Shown one piece after another: positions 37,365 to 50,242 of a stretch of DNA of 64,000 bases. The notes beneath the pieces were generated by a model. It had not been told where the DNA came from. It ran no database searches and saw nothing but the letters and a program-made list of their open reading frames with translations. Source of the stretch: Lingula anatina (lineage: Eukaryota; Animalia; Brachiopoda); assembly GCA_051362555.1 (NCBI GenBank), contig CM120640.1, positions 51,748,788-51,812,787 on the forward strand, given 5' to 3'. Each line of letters begins with the position of its first letter. The stretch's first letter is position 1. A program made the translations under genes and the position numbers.

Positions 37365-40300
37365 CTATTCCACTACACATCCTTTCTTCAAAATTATGTT
37401 TCCATACTTGGAACATTCCCTACAATAGCAATAAAACGGTAAAAATCAGCATACAAGCATATAACACAGCTTCTTTTGTTTTGAACATTTAATTTTGAAG
37501 AGGAGGAAAACTACTGATTATTTTTCCACACATTACATTGTTGCATAGAGCATACACTTATGCTTCTAATGTGTTGTTATAAAATATATGCAAGTTCTTA
37601 ATGAATTTCCCATAAGTTAAATTATGACTTTCTGATTTCCTGACAGTCATAAACATTTCCCACTTTTAAAAACTACAGTCAAACAGAAAACTGGACCCTG
37701 AAAGTTGAAAATCTTACCCTGTTTGAACCACAGCAAATGCTCGCTTTGCTCTCTCATAGAATTCAAATCTTTCTACTTTTTCCATTTCTACCTGAAAGAA
37801 TTGTAGAAATATTAGTTCTCTACACTGGCTCTCTTGCTTAAGTAATTCTTGAAGGGTTTTGTTTCTCCATTTCTCCCCTACTTACTTTTTTGCCTGCAGC
37901 AGCATCTACCAAAAGCTGGTATTTTTCCCAAACTGGCACTTCTAATTTCTTCTCTTTATCCGACAGTACCAAAGCCATCAGAGCAACCTTTAAGTAATGT
38001 GAAGATTTTTTTACTTTTAATATCTTTGGACAGGTATATCTGAAAGACTAAGGCCTCATTCAGAATGGGGGACTAACTAGTTCGAGGGTCAAATATGTCC
38101 GACCCATTTGAATACTTCCCCATGGGATATCTCTTCAGTATCTATTAACGGATTAGATGGCAAGCTGTAGTGGGTCACCATATTTGACCCTCGGACTAGT
38201 TAGTCCCATATTCTGAATGGGGCCTAAACTACAGCACCTACCACAGTGATAACCCTGACATGTCAATATTATAAGTTCACCAAAAAGAAAAGGGAGAGAA
38301 AGAAGCCTCAACTGCGCACATGTGCAACATGGCAAATTAAATTCATTCCATTTGTACTAACAAGTGAGGACTTTGCAGTGGCTCTGCCAATATTTTTGCA
38401 CTTTTTACTCTTTTTCAACAATTTTCAAAGCACATGTTGTTGTTTAAAGTGTAGGGAAAAAATGAAACAAATCATAAGTACGTATTCCAATTCATCTTAA
38501 AAGACCTAACAGATTCTAAGTATACAGACTCAGAGACCATATGTACCTCATCAGTTATTGTATGAAACCAAATTGTATGCCATCTTGTGGTTGACCATGT
38601 GGTTTTGATAACTATCTTTGTACGTTCCACAATTTGATAACTTTGACACTAGAAGTACGACTAGGCAAAAGGATATGAAGTGAAGTACTTCCTGGTAAGA
38701 TATATGTACAGAGCAGTCAAGCAAGGAGCAATAAATACCCTAAATTGATGATCTGGCTACCAAAATCCTGTGACAACAAGCAATTTACTAAATACATGTT
38801 GTACTCACAGGTTTTGGAACATAGGAATCCAGTGGAAACACCTTTAAAATGGCAGCAAGAAGCTCTGGAATCCCATGACCTGAAGAAAGGAATGGTTTTT
38901 GAGTGGTCATTACGGCATCAAAATAATGATTTTATTCCCAACTACAATGTATGCCAAAATACATAAAAAAGGTTGCTATGGGTGCAATACAAAAAAAAAA
39001 AAAAAAGAGCTGTGTCATCTTTTGGAGACAGTATATGTCTTTTCAGTGCGTTAAATCTTCCCATTCTCTATACAGATAAGCCACTTTCAATCCTTAATTT
39101 ATTGAAATCATGACAAAGAGAGAAAACACAAGGAAGTCATGTAACCTACCTGAAAAACAAAACCTTAAAGAAATACTTATTAAGCATTTTAAAATAAACT
39201 TGAGAGTGATGGTTAATGATCAGCTGAGTACTCAAAAAATGTTGGTTGTATATTTTTTTCCATGCTGAAATTCCGTATGCAGCACATTAAATGTAATTTA
39301 ATTAGGAACTCATGGTTGGTAACTTTCACCGTTTCCTCATATTTCCTCAAGAATTTTTTTCTTGGATATCACGATATATTGAATTGAATGTAATTCACTT
39401 GCAAGGATGTTCTCTTAGTTTTGAATTATATTTAAACGTCTTTCATCATTGGCCAAGTTACAAACACTAAACATCTAACAAATATTTTTCTTTACTTTTT
39501 AGATACTCCAACAAAGTACATCTATATCTAGTAATTAATTACGTCCACATATAACAGAGAGACTTAGGCTGGACATGGGAGCTCACACACAAACTCTTTG
39601 AGTTCAGGTTAGTCTGTGGTGAAATAAGAAACATCCCCTTTTTATTGCAAGCAAGAGACCTGGCACAGTGACAGACAATAACATTGGGAATTGTCTTGAA
39701 TGAAGCTTTCGTATGCTGTAATTTAATCTGAAAATTAAATTACAGCATCTAAATCACACTAAGTTTCACCATATTTATTATGCTTGATAGGTTTGTGTAT
39801 TAGTAAGCCCCCCGGAAACAGGCCTTGGTTTAGGGCCTAAATATACTTTTAGATGTTCATGTTACTGACCTGTATCTAAACAGAAGGTTTATTTACAATA
39901 TATATCCTTTCAATGCTGTGAAAGACTAACATTCTGTGCAGAGGAAAATTATGAGCATGATGATATTATCTTATTTGCATATCAGAAGGATTAAGGGGTA
40001 CAAAATGTCAAGGAATTAAAAACCTCACCTGGCTAAAAGGAAGACCTCAACTTTTGTTAAATTAAATGTTATTGGACTAAGTGTAAACTACCTGGTTCAT
40101 ATTAAAGAGGAATAGAACACAGTTTAACTTAGATTCCTGACAAAAAGATTAATTTTATCAAAATGAAAAAATATGTTAGTGTAGTTATCAAATAAGGCAA
40201 ATATAAGGCATTATGATTATATATAAAAATTCATAAAGGTTTCAAAAAAGTATAGAATAAATCCCTGACTTTCCAGTAATTACTTTTATTTGTAAAACAA

Positions 40301-43300
40301 ACAAACAAAAATTAAGAAAATTTTGCTTTACATTGATACTCATGAAACCTTTATACTGTAAGGTTCATCTGTATTCATGGCCTTTCTTTACAAAAGTGAA
40401 AAAAGTTTTAACCAGTTGTGAAAAACTTTACATGTGATGTAAAGATTTATATTTGTAAATATTACAATACATAAAATTCCTGCATAATTTACAATAGAGA
40501 GTGATCAAATCTACCAGGAAGTATAATTATATATGTGTGTGTGTGTGTGAAAGGGAGGGTAACACTGGAGATACTCCCCTTTGAATACCAAAATTACCTA
40601 ACACAGAAAGGTGCTGCTTTCTTTGAATATTTGAGCTGTGACTCATGCAATTTCTATCTGTATCTAGATCCACAGATAATACATGTAACATTACAAATTC
40701 ACTAAATGCTGTTCCAGGCCTGGTCACATTGTTAAAACAATAAAAATGGAAAATGTTTTTTCTAGATAATAACTCCTAAAGACCAATTTGATAATGATTT
40801 ATGAAACAGAAATTCAGTTCCCTGTAAGGGGATTTTTTCCTAAATTTGTAATTTATGGAAAACTAACAAAAAAAGTACCCCATGTACACATACAATTTTT
40901 GAGTTATTCAAAATTATCATGAAATTTGTGAATTGGAGCAGTTTCAGCTCAAACCAATGTCAAAATCATTAAGAGACTCAAAGTTTCAGAGCAGGTCTCA
41001 AAAGTAGAAGCAGAAGCGGTAGCAAATGCTTTTTGACAATGTGATATGGGGGCAAAATGCTACCATCTTCAGATTTGGAAGAAAAAAAAATAGGAAGAAA
41101 AAAATAGAAGTTGAAAGAAGTTTACTGCAACAAGTTTCTATTACAATTGGGTGGGGCCCAATAGTGATGCACATTACAAAAACTATAAGCGTATAATTTC
41201 ATCTTTGTCAGGATTGCTTGCAAAGAAGTCCTCAAAATGAGTACATCCTGTCTTCACCATGACATTTTATACTACAGCAAATATCAAGGAAAAACTACTT
41301 TTAAGGACTTTGTATGAATAAACATTCTATACATTTTCAAATATTTATTTATAAATACATTACCATTACTATTATTATTATTGTTGTTGTTGTATTTTTT
41401 CTATTTGGTTGAATTCATATCTTGTATTTGCACTTTGTATATTTTCCACACATGCACCTGTTGCATTGTGCCTGGGCCTTCTATTCTCAAAATCTGCTCT
41501 AGTAAAACTATTGTGAGACAAACACTCATCAGCAAGGTGCAGCTGATATCCACTTATGCTTTGCACTTGTATATATCACACATCTTGCTGACTTACGGTG
41601 TATTTATTACAAATTTCATAAATAACAGAAACACTTTTAGTCAACAATATGTAAAGTAAATCAGAAATGTATAAACACAGCATCCCTGCACTTTGACATA
41701 CAGGTTAGTATATGTATGTCAAAGAACTAGTCAAATGTGAAGACCCACTTACTAGTATATTTCCTATATATACAACTGACAAAAGTAATGGCTTGGACAC
41801 TGGCGTACAGCAATCAACTCATTATATACAGATATTTTTCAGTTAAATGATGCTGTGACTTATCTCAGCTATGCTATACCTCACAGCAACTAAAGTAAGT
41901 AACTGACATTTAACCATTTACCATTTAACAAGGGATAACAATTCTTCATATGAGATCCATATTTCACAATAAATACATCGTAAACAACTAATAAAAATAC
42001 AGTTAATTCTATTTTACCACCAAAACAGCTGTTATCACAATTATTCTGGAATCTGTGCTTGCCACTGGACCTCCATCGATGGCTACTCTCTGTGATAATC
42101 TCTTAAGAGATTAAAAAAACCAAACTTCTTAGAGAAAAAAAAAACAGGGATTAACTTAAATGTCATAACAGAATCATTAACCATTGGCAAGTATGGGAAA
42201 ATTGTTGTTTACCCCAGAAAAATCCATTTTTGGACCAAAATAAACAGCTGTCATCCCTTTAACCAATATATAAATGTCCACTTGTACACATGCACAAACG
42301 TCTGCATACACACAAACATGGCAAGTATGGTCTTACCAAGCATATATGGATGCACTTGCAACAGAGATAACAGCACCTCCTTTTCTTGACCTGGTTGAGC
42401 AATTTCTCAAACAATGTACAAGATAACAGGCATGGAAGAGTCTTAAAGCCAAATCATGGCAGACTTTTCATAGCACAAATTTAACTACAGAAATCATATA
42501 TGTTTTTAAAATAATTTTTTGTTGTGTTATTTATTTATTTTGTCAAAGACATGACAAATTGATAAGACATATTTTTATCAGTTTGTTTTTTATATTTAAG
42601 GTTTAAATTCTCAATTTACTCAAGTAAGCCTACACGAAGCACGTCCATGATAACCTTTTATCTGGCTACTATAATCTGTAGTTTATTTTCAAAGAAAGCT
42701 TTATCATGTTTTTATTTTCATACCTGGGTAACCAAGGTTAAGGATAAAACAATGAATACCTAGTCAGCTTTTCAAGAAAACTACAGTATTGTTCACTCAC
42801 CATCAGCCCTCAACTCCTGAAAGAAACAAACAACTATAAGCATCAACTGTTACACAGGAACTCCAACATCAACAAAATCAAACGACACAGGACCATTACC
42901 ATAAATTTCATTGAAGTATATTTATTTTAATTTTATTGATTAAATATGCAATGAAGGAGAATGGTTAATTATTATTTAATTCACTGATCTTCCTACATTT
43001 TAAATGCATATATTTAGAATTAAATTTAGGATACAATGAAATACTATTTATAAAATAAAATTGATTCCCTTGACAAAATATACCAAACCCTTCTTCTCTA
43101 ATCCCTAACTCATAACATACAATATTCAAATAGAAATAAAAAGGTCTAATTAAAATGTCACCATAGTGCTTAATAAATGAGTTCCGTGGGGGGCTGGATG
43201 ACTGACTCACCTTAGGTCCATTGCGGCATATGGAACTACCAGGGAAGTGGGCATCTGCCAGAACTAAAACATGACCAAAATTAAAACATTAATGAAATCA

Positions 43301-44450
43301 TGAAAGCATATTTTTCCTAGAAGATGGATGCCTTTGGGCATAAATGTTTGCACTGGTAAAATCAATTTCACATTTTGTATGATTTATTGGCAACATTTGT
43401 CAGGCAATGAAAGTTAAGAAATATTACATGGTTTTATGCTGCAGCAATGAAATATTCATTACGCACACCCTTTCTTGGAAAATTCAGCATGGGGGTACCA
43501 AAATGACAGATTCATGTTAATTGATCAATCATCACTATTTGTTTTATCTATTCATTTCAGATGTAAGCTTTATTGGGTCTATTGTCAATCCATATTGTTA
43601 TTGTGCTAGAAGAGTTTCATGCAGCAGATTTCATTAAAACTACACTGAAACACAAGCTGTACAGTACATGATTTTCCCAGTTTTCCCCACTCCCAGGACA
43701 GCAACTGATAACACTTTCACTGATGTAATGCCAATATTCCATGAATTTCCTATTCTACACATATTGTATATAAATAAGGCTTTTTCATCAGTATACTAAT
43801 ATACAAGATAAACTTGGCACTAACATGATCACAGACTTAAGTAGGAGCATTTTATGATGTCACCTTGTATAGCAGGCACTAAAAGGAAGATTCAAACTCA
43901 GGGAACCCTTTTTTATCATTTACTCAGTTGTTGGTATAAGCATTAATTTTGAGCACAAGATGTAAGGTAATGTGTATGTAACTGGCTATATACATGGATA
44001 TTGTAGCTGTCAACAGAAACAGAAACATGAATATGAGATTGTTTTTGTACTATAACAGTATATTTTTCTATTTTCTTTTTAGATACTTACTCATTCCTTT
44101 AATTATGTAATGATTTATATTAATAACCAAATTAAGGCACATTAATTTGTAGTACTATTATTCCCCTGCTCATATGTGTAAGTGCATTTTACACAAAATT
44201 AATATATGCAAGTTATTTTGATAGTAATTCTTGTCTAAGCCAAGAAAAAGAAATTGGTCCATATTAAGTACCTGTATTTTCAGTTAAATACTTGATTGTT
44301 GGAAATATTTATTCCAACAAAGTAGTACGGTATGTACTGGTATTATTAAAATGCACATTCATACCAAAAAGCCAATTATGTTTACCAAATAAAACAAGAA
44401 TGTTAGAGATTTTTTATTATCATCATAGCATTTCTTTTCTATTGACATAC

Positions 44451-44483
<33 letters not shown>

Positions 44484-45097
44484 TCCTTCTTTTTTTTATG
44501 TCATTTCAGTAATAACGAGTATCTTCCAGCGTGACAGTGCCATTAATAATACCAGTAAATATAGCCTGCGCATCTACAATACAAAGGGGAGAGGGGAAGA
44601 GCCCTGCTGGAACATTGTTACCCAAATAATCGACGTCATGAAGTAAAGAGTGGTCATTTAGCGGAACCCGGAAAATCCTCTCTTTTGATAATCCGATAGT
44701 TAATCCGCCGTTGATTTCCACAGGTGAGACAAAATTCCAATCACTAATCAGTATCTGGTCTCGAACATTTTTCGATCTCTTAAATTTGAATACTAAACAT
44801 TCCTAAATATTTGTCACCTGGTTTCGTGTGGTATATTGAAGTACTGAAACCAAACTATAAATTGAATAAAACCACATAAAACTGAAAACATGCATCCCTT
44901 GTTCGGAATTTGCCAACGAAGCCGGAAGTAAAATCATGCATTCCCCTGCGGACCTGCACACATTTTACGCTGTACATATAAACACGATGAACCGTAACAG
45001 TACCCCTGGTCTTACCGATTTCATCTCCATGTCCCATAGAACACAAAGCATGTAGCAGATCTGGAGATAAGATAAATGGTATTCCCTTCAACGGCAT
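37365..45097 (-). CDS. FUOM: Fucose mutarotase (RbsD/FucU family), 150 aa, 7 exons
   Basis: Exons 45097-45016, 43263-43211, 42816-42801 (16-nt microexon), 38879-38809, 37987-37886, 37791-37718, 37419-37365 (453 nt, in frame). Translation MPLKGIPFILSPDLLHALCSMGHGDEIVLADAHFPGSSICRNGPKELRADGHGIPELLAAILKVFPLDSYV...[36 protein letters not shown] has the MGHGDEIVLAD and YGNIILKKG hallmarks. Confidence 0.96.
38052..38224. mobile_element. PIF/Harbinger-type MITE in FUOM intron 4
   Basis: TIRs GGCCTCATTCAGAAT..GGGACTAACTAGT.CGAGGGTCAAATATG mirrored at the right end; TAA TSD on both sides. Confidence 0.8.
41930..42262. mobile_element. Diverged, internally deleted copy of the Kolobok-like element in FUOM intron 3
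   Basis: AATCTCTTAAGAGATT...CCATTGG.AAGTA.GGGAAAATTG..GTTTAC...GAAAAATCCA.TTTT matches 24685-24850 and ends in TTTAA. Confidence 0.6.
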
Positions 45098-46152
45098 TTT
45101 AATTCCCTCGGTGTTAGTGTCCTTTGAAAAGTAGGTCATAAAGTTGACTCGTTTTCGACTTGAACGTTGTTAAGTCGAGTAAGGAGGACCCAAACAGGGA
45201 AGTCCCTCAAACCAAGGAGTTATAACTCCTTGCTTAAACTTATGCTCGAATTAAGATAATGAGGAAATTTGATCTTTTACTCAAACTGCTGCTGTTATGT
45301 CGCTCGCTGTCACAATTCCTGATCTTATAATAAATAAATGTCGCATTTCTACCCCCTCCTTTTTATTTTGGGGAGGGGGGGAGAGGAAAATGAATAGGCC
45401 TACACATTTTTAGTTGGAGGGTGTGTGTGTGTGTGTGTGTGAAGCCAGTGCTCCCCCATGTGTTTGCAGTGAACTGTTCAGTTATGAACATAATGTGCAC
45501 TTCACTGTGAACCTTTCTATAAATAACCAAAGCTGCATACTCCTCTTTTTAAAGATCAATAGGCCTACCAATGGTGAAAGTGTTTTACTGTCTACATGTA
45601 ATAGGCCTACCCGAAGTTTAACTCGCAAGATTCCAGGTTAGTACGACTAGTACGCTTATCCTTGTAGATTGCGACGTTTAGGGCCTATGGGGAAAATGTG
45701 GCAACTCAATTTAGTTAACAATTTGCCGATAAATATCACAGTAAGTCAAGCAGTCTGCGCAAAAGAAAATATATTATCTTAAATATGATTATTAATTTTC
45801 TGCAACCGCTGGCATAAGATGGTGGTAATTCTGTGTTGCGGTCTCACTGCGGTACCTGTAAAAACTTTCCGACTATCGTTGATTTCTTCACAAAATGAAG
45901 ATATATGGACTTTAAACCAATAATTCATCGTCCGCAGAGCTGTATACATTATGACTTGGTCGTAACCAAACAGTTTCCGATTGCGACATGTGCGTTGGCC
46001 ACCCAGAGAAAAGAAAAGAAAAAGAAAAAAAAAGAGGTAATGGGCATGTCCCGCTAGTACGTAATACGTGATCCCCGCGGTTCCTGTTTCTGTACCGTTG
46101 TAAAGTAAAGTGGGGTATTCAAAGCCGATGAGGGTAACTTCCAAGTACGCGA

Positions 46153-46490
46153 TGAGTCAACCTACATGTAAGTGACATAGCTTATCTAGACATTATCTTT
46201 CGGATCATCCGAAACGGCGCTACTATTTTGTCGAAGTAAGATTAATCTTTTCTAATGTACAATAATTTGTGATTACACAGGGTTTATTGCATAATTGTTG
46301 AAATATTCGACAACGTGCGAATCCGATACGGTGGGGGTTCCCCGATTTTAAATGCGGCACTCATAACAAAGGGCACTTCCGTAGGTGCACGTCACGTCAG
46401 ACATCACATCCTATTCCGACCCACATCAAGAAAATCCATTAGGACATTGGGCATTTCTATATTTAACCCATGAATTCAACACGTATAAAA
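46153..46490 (+). promoter_or_regulatory. Inducible-type promoter of paralog B: AP-1, C/EBP, NF-kB, CRE half-sites, TATA
   Basis: TGAGTCA 46153-46159; ATTGCATAAT 46286-46295; GGGGGTTCCCC 46333-46343; GGGCACTTCC 46371-46380; CACGTCACGTCA 46388-46399; TATAAAA 46484-46490, about 125 nt upstream of the ATG at 46611. Confidence 0.6.
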
Positions 46491-46610
46491 AAAGATTTCA
46501 CCACCATCCGAGACATTACAATCTCGAGCCTCTGAACCGACAGCATCACTCAAGACTACAATTAATAAGAAACGAAATCACACTATCTATATTGAAGGAA
46601 GATTTTACAG

Positions 46611-47996
46611 ATGGCAATGGGAATTATCCAAAGTATGTAGAAGTATGATAAATAGTACATAATATTTTATTGTGGGTTATTTAACGTTGTGGCATATTTT
46701 TTATCTTGTTTTGCAAAGTTTAACTGAAATTTAAAGCGTTCAAAAACAACTGTTGGAGTTTTATTGAGAATGTTTAATCTTAACTGAATGTTTTTATCGT
46801 TTTAGATTCATGTCTGCTACTCTTGTGCTTGGCTAGTTGCACTGTCGCAGTGCCTCTGAGGAAATCCCGCGATACCTCTTCTTCGACGGCGGCACCAACT
46901 TCGCCCCTTCTTAGATGGCACCAACCGTGTGGGGGTAGTAGTCCTGTGAGCAACGGCCCAGCCCTACCCGCGATGCCTGCTCCTCCTCTGGGTCAGTCTG
47001 CTTTCACCATACGTATGCACATCACTGACAATATGAACAAAGTGAAGGATCTTCGTAAACGATGGGTAAGGGTTTTTCATCATCTTCTTCTAAATGAAGA
47101 AAAAAATGTAAAAACTAAAACATGATGATGATTCATATACTGAAACCTAAACTTTTTAAAGTATAGAAATTTAGTTTCTTATACTAACATCAAGTAATGC
47201 AGCTTTTTATTGAGATCGAAACTTATATGAAATTTCTGTTATTTCAGGTACAAGAAAGATTTCACAGCGATCCTGAATATATCAACTGGATTGAATCTCA
47301 GTACATAGTGTACAGTAGTTTGCCACAAGAGGAGCACTGGTCTCAGTTTGTTGGGATTCAAAATGCTGTAAATAACGTAAGTCCTCCAATTTCGACATGT
47401 GATTCTAGTAATTTTTTAAAAGTTATATTACATAAACTAGTCTATATGTTTTAATGATTGTCGCTTTTGGAAAAAATGTTCTTCTATGGAAAAGATAGTT
47501 GAATGTTTATCTTGCTCATTTCAAGGAATCGTGACGTTTGTTATTGCACCATTGTTTACATAGTTCCTGCAAAACGCTTGCATCGCCATCTGCAGTAAGA
47601 AATAATAACTAACGTTTTCTACTTCTATTTCAGATGGACGAGTTCTTTTCACAGAGTTATATTTGGCTAGCCAAAATAGCAGTGCACTTAGAAGAAATAA
47701 GGATAGATGAGCTCGCGTCCAATACAGTTTTTAACCAAGAAAACGTCGATGCTCATATGATCCAGAGTGCTGAGGATCAGCTGTACGTCTGCATGTGCGC
47801 CGTTCATACCCTCATGACGTCCAGGAACCTGCAGCTGGACCAGACGATCGAGCGAGACATACTGGAGACTACTTTCGCTGACCCGCCAGGCAATTCAAAG
47901 ACCCTGAGGTACAACAGAGACTGGATCGTTTTCAACCATTTCCTGAAACTCCTAACTCATTTGGAAAAGGTTTACACCGAACTCCAACAAATGTAA
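46611..47996 (+). CDS. Secreted four-helix cytokine-like protein, paralog B (Unpaired/IL-6-like candidate), 257 aa, 4 exons
   Basis: Exons 46611-46632 (22 nt, phase 1), 46806-47065, 47248-47376, 47634-47996, all GT-AG. MAMGIIQNSCLLLLCLASCTVA signal, then ...LLRWHQPCGG...VKDLRKRW | VQERFHSDPEYINWI...AVNN | MDEFFSQSYIWLAKIAVHLEEIRIDE...QLYVCMCAVHTLM...LRYNRDWIVFNHFLKLLTHLEKVYTELQQM*. Clearly paralogous to A (KRW| junction, HLExIR, RYxRD). Confidence 0.85.
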
Positions 47997-48632
47997 GAAG
48001 TTGAACTCTTTAAATTTTGATAATCTCCGTGGTAATACGGACAAAACAGTTTACTTGATTTGGGTCCGTTCTGTTATCTGTGCCTAGGGGTGTGCAGCTG
48101 CATGAAGGACTACGGCATCTATTATGATCTCTTACAATACAGTTTATCCATTATGGCATTCCAGCTTTAAGTGTGCGTTTACAAATTCATTTGTATATTT
48201 ACCATTAAAAGTTGAGGGACGAAATTAGTAAACAAAGAGTAAACTCAGTGCTTTAGAATTTTCGCTTATGTGAAAATGATAATAGTAGCGGCTATGCCGT
48301 GTTTTATGTAAGTGGGTTTTATCCACTGTCGATTATTTGTGTTTGGATTGGATAACTTTGTGCTATGTGTATTCGTATTTATATATATTCATTATTTATC
48401 ATATAGGGAATTTAAAATACCAATTCCTATAGTTAATAATTATGCTTGTACATAGGCTTTTATTTATTGAACTTCAATGTTCTTGTGAGCTTTATACCAA
48501 TTTTCCAGTCGATTCAATGTTAGCAGTGATATATTTATAATCTTCATCTTCCATTTTGGAATTAGGTATTTATTGAGCTGCCTGTGATATTTTTGTGAAC
48601 TTACAATTTTTACCATATGTTGAAACAATAAA
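47997..48632 (+). promoter_or_regulatory. AU-rich 3'UTR and polyadenylation signal of paralog B
   Basis: About 7 ATTTA pentamers including the nonamer TTATTTATT at 48460-48468; AATAAA at 48627-48632. Confidence 0.5.
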
Positions 48633-50195
48633 GTTGTTAAAGTTAAATCTACTGCTTTGTCTCTAACTTACTTTGTTTAACTGCTACGATTCAAGCGCCA
48701 GCGATCAGAAGGAACTTATTCTTGTATACTTTTACTGCCAGACGTGAAAATGAGAACGAAGTTTTTTATCACCTTAAATGATTTGGGCATTTGTTCCTGG
48801 ACATCTCTGATGTAACCGTTTTGGAGATGGAAACTGGTCGCTGACTTTACCTTAAAATATCACAAAATTGACCCTATATTTATATTTAGTCACTACATGC
48901 CGTGTTCTCATTCTACGGTATCAAGTACTGTGAAAATGAAAGGCCAAATTTGCTCATTAGTCATCATATATTTCCGACAGGTCGGACTCTCGAGCAGACG
49001 GGGTTTTTTTTGTTCTTATTCACTTTTTAATATTTATTGATTGATTTTAGGGGTATCTGGTGCATTGAAGGTGGTCAAAGACATAATGAAAGCGAATTTA
49101 ATTGGGAATGATGTATGGAATGCGTGTCATCTATAAGATTTTAATGGACAAAAGCAACGATAAAAGATTATTCAGAGGGCCACAAAAAGTTATTTGGTTC
49201 GACGCAGAAAAGAAGGCATTGACCCCATGAGCATTAGCTTAATTCTTGTCAATACCAGAATTAATTCACAAAATTAATTACTTCTTCGATATAATGTTTT
49301 GTCCTCAAATTAAAGCTAGTCGTTACATGACACCACGTCTAATTATCAAGCAGAAGTGTAAGCTGCATTTCCAGTTTTTGAAAGGACGCAAGAATGTAAA
49401 TCACAATGCTCGCTAATCAAAAACCTTCGGCGTTAAAATGGATCTTATACATTATGCATCACAATTAACAGAGATTCTCATTGGAATAGATAATTAATAC
49501 ATCCGATGAACTTGTCTTTCATTATAATATATTGTCGGAGTTTGATATTTGGTTTCCCCTCAACAACTCAATGATCTTCCTTTTTAATTAAGCAGAGATG
49601 AACGAATAGACTAATAGGGATAGAGTTGTCAAGCATTTGTCTCAATGTATCATTAAACTAATCCCATATCAAATTGACCACTTCTTTGTCTATGTCATGA
49701 TTCTCTTGACAATTAGCATTTGAAAATAAGGGAAGCATTTTATCATTAGTCAACAAATATTTCCAACAGCCTACACTGTCACCTTTTTTGAGAAAATCTG
49801 ACTCAAGGAATTCTTTATTTGAAAAATGTGATATTAGAAGCAGTCAAGATGTAATTGTGCCAGTTAATGAAACCAATGTAACTTGAAATGCTGAATGGAA
49901 TGATCGATCAGGCATTACGAAATAAAGAGGCAATTAAAGCAATAGTCACAAGCAATGAGAGTTTTTTAATCTGATGATGAACAGAAGGCATTGGCGGCCT
50001 ATTAGCTTGTGTTTTCTTGTTAATACCGATTCACATATATATTTTGGTCCTGGAATCGAAAAGGTGTCGTTATAAATCAGATGAGTAATGGAAGATACCA
50101 GATTGTGGGGTCATTTTGAACGAAATGAAAAAATTCAATTGTTTCTACATTTAACTTTTAGCGATACAATCAGAATTCATATTTACGCCGACTGT

Positions 50196-50197
<2 letters not shown>

Positions 50198-50239
<42 letters not shown>
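50198..50239 (+). repeat. Poly-A tract (~42 nt)
   Basis: Read directly; no recognisable retroelement body upstream. Confidence 0.9.

Positions 50240-50242
<3 letters not shown>

Noticed and set aside
44506-44721. 71-aa minus-strand ORF in FUOM intron 1
   Set aside because: GTG start, and FUOM is complete and in frame without it.
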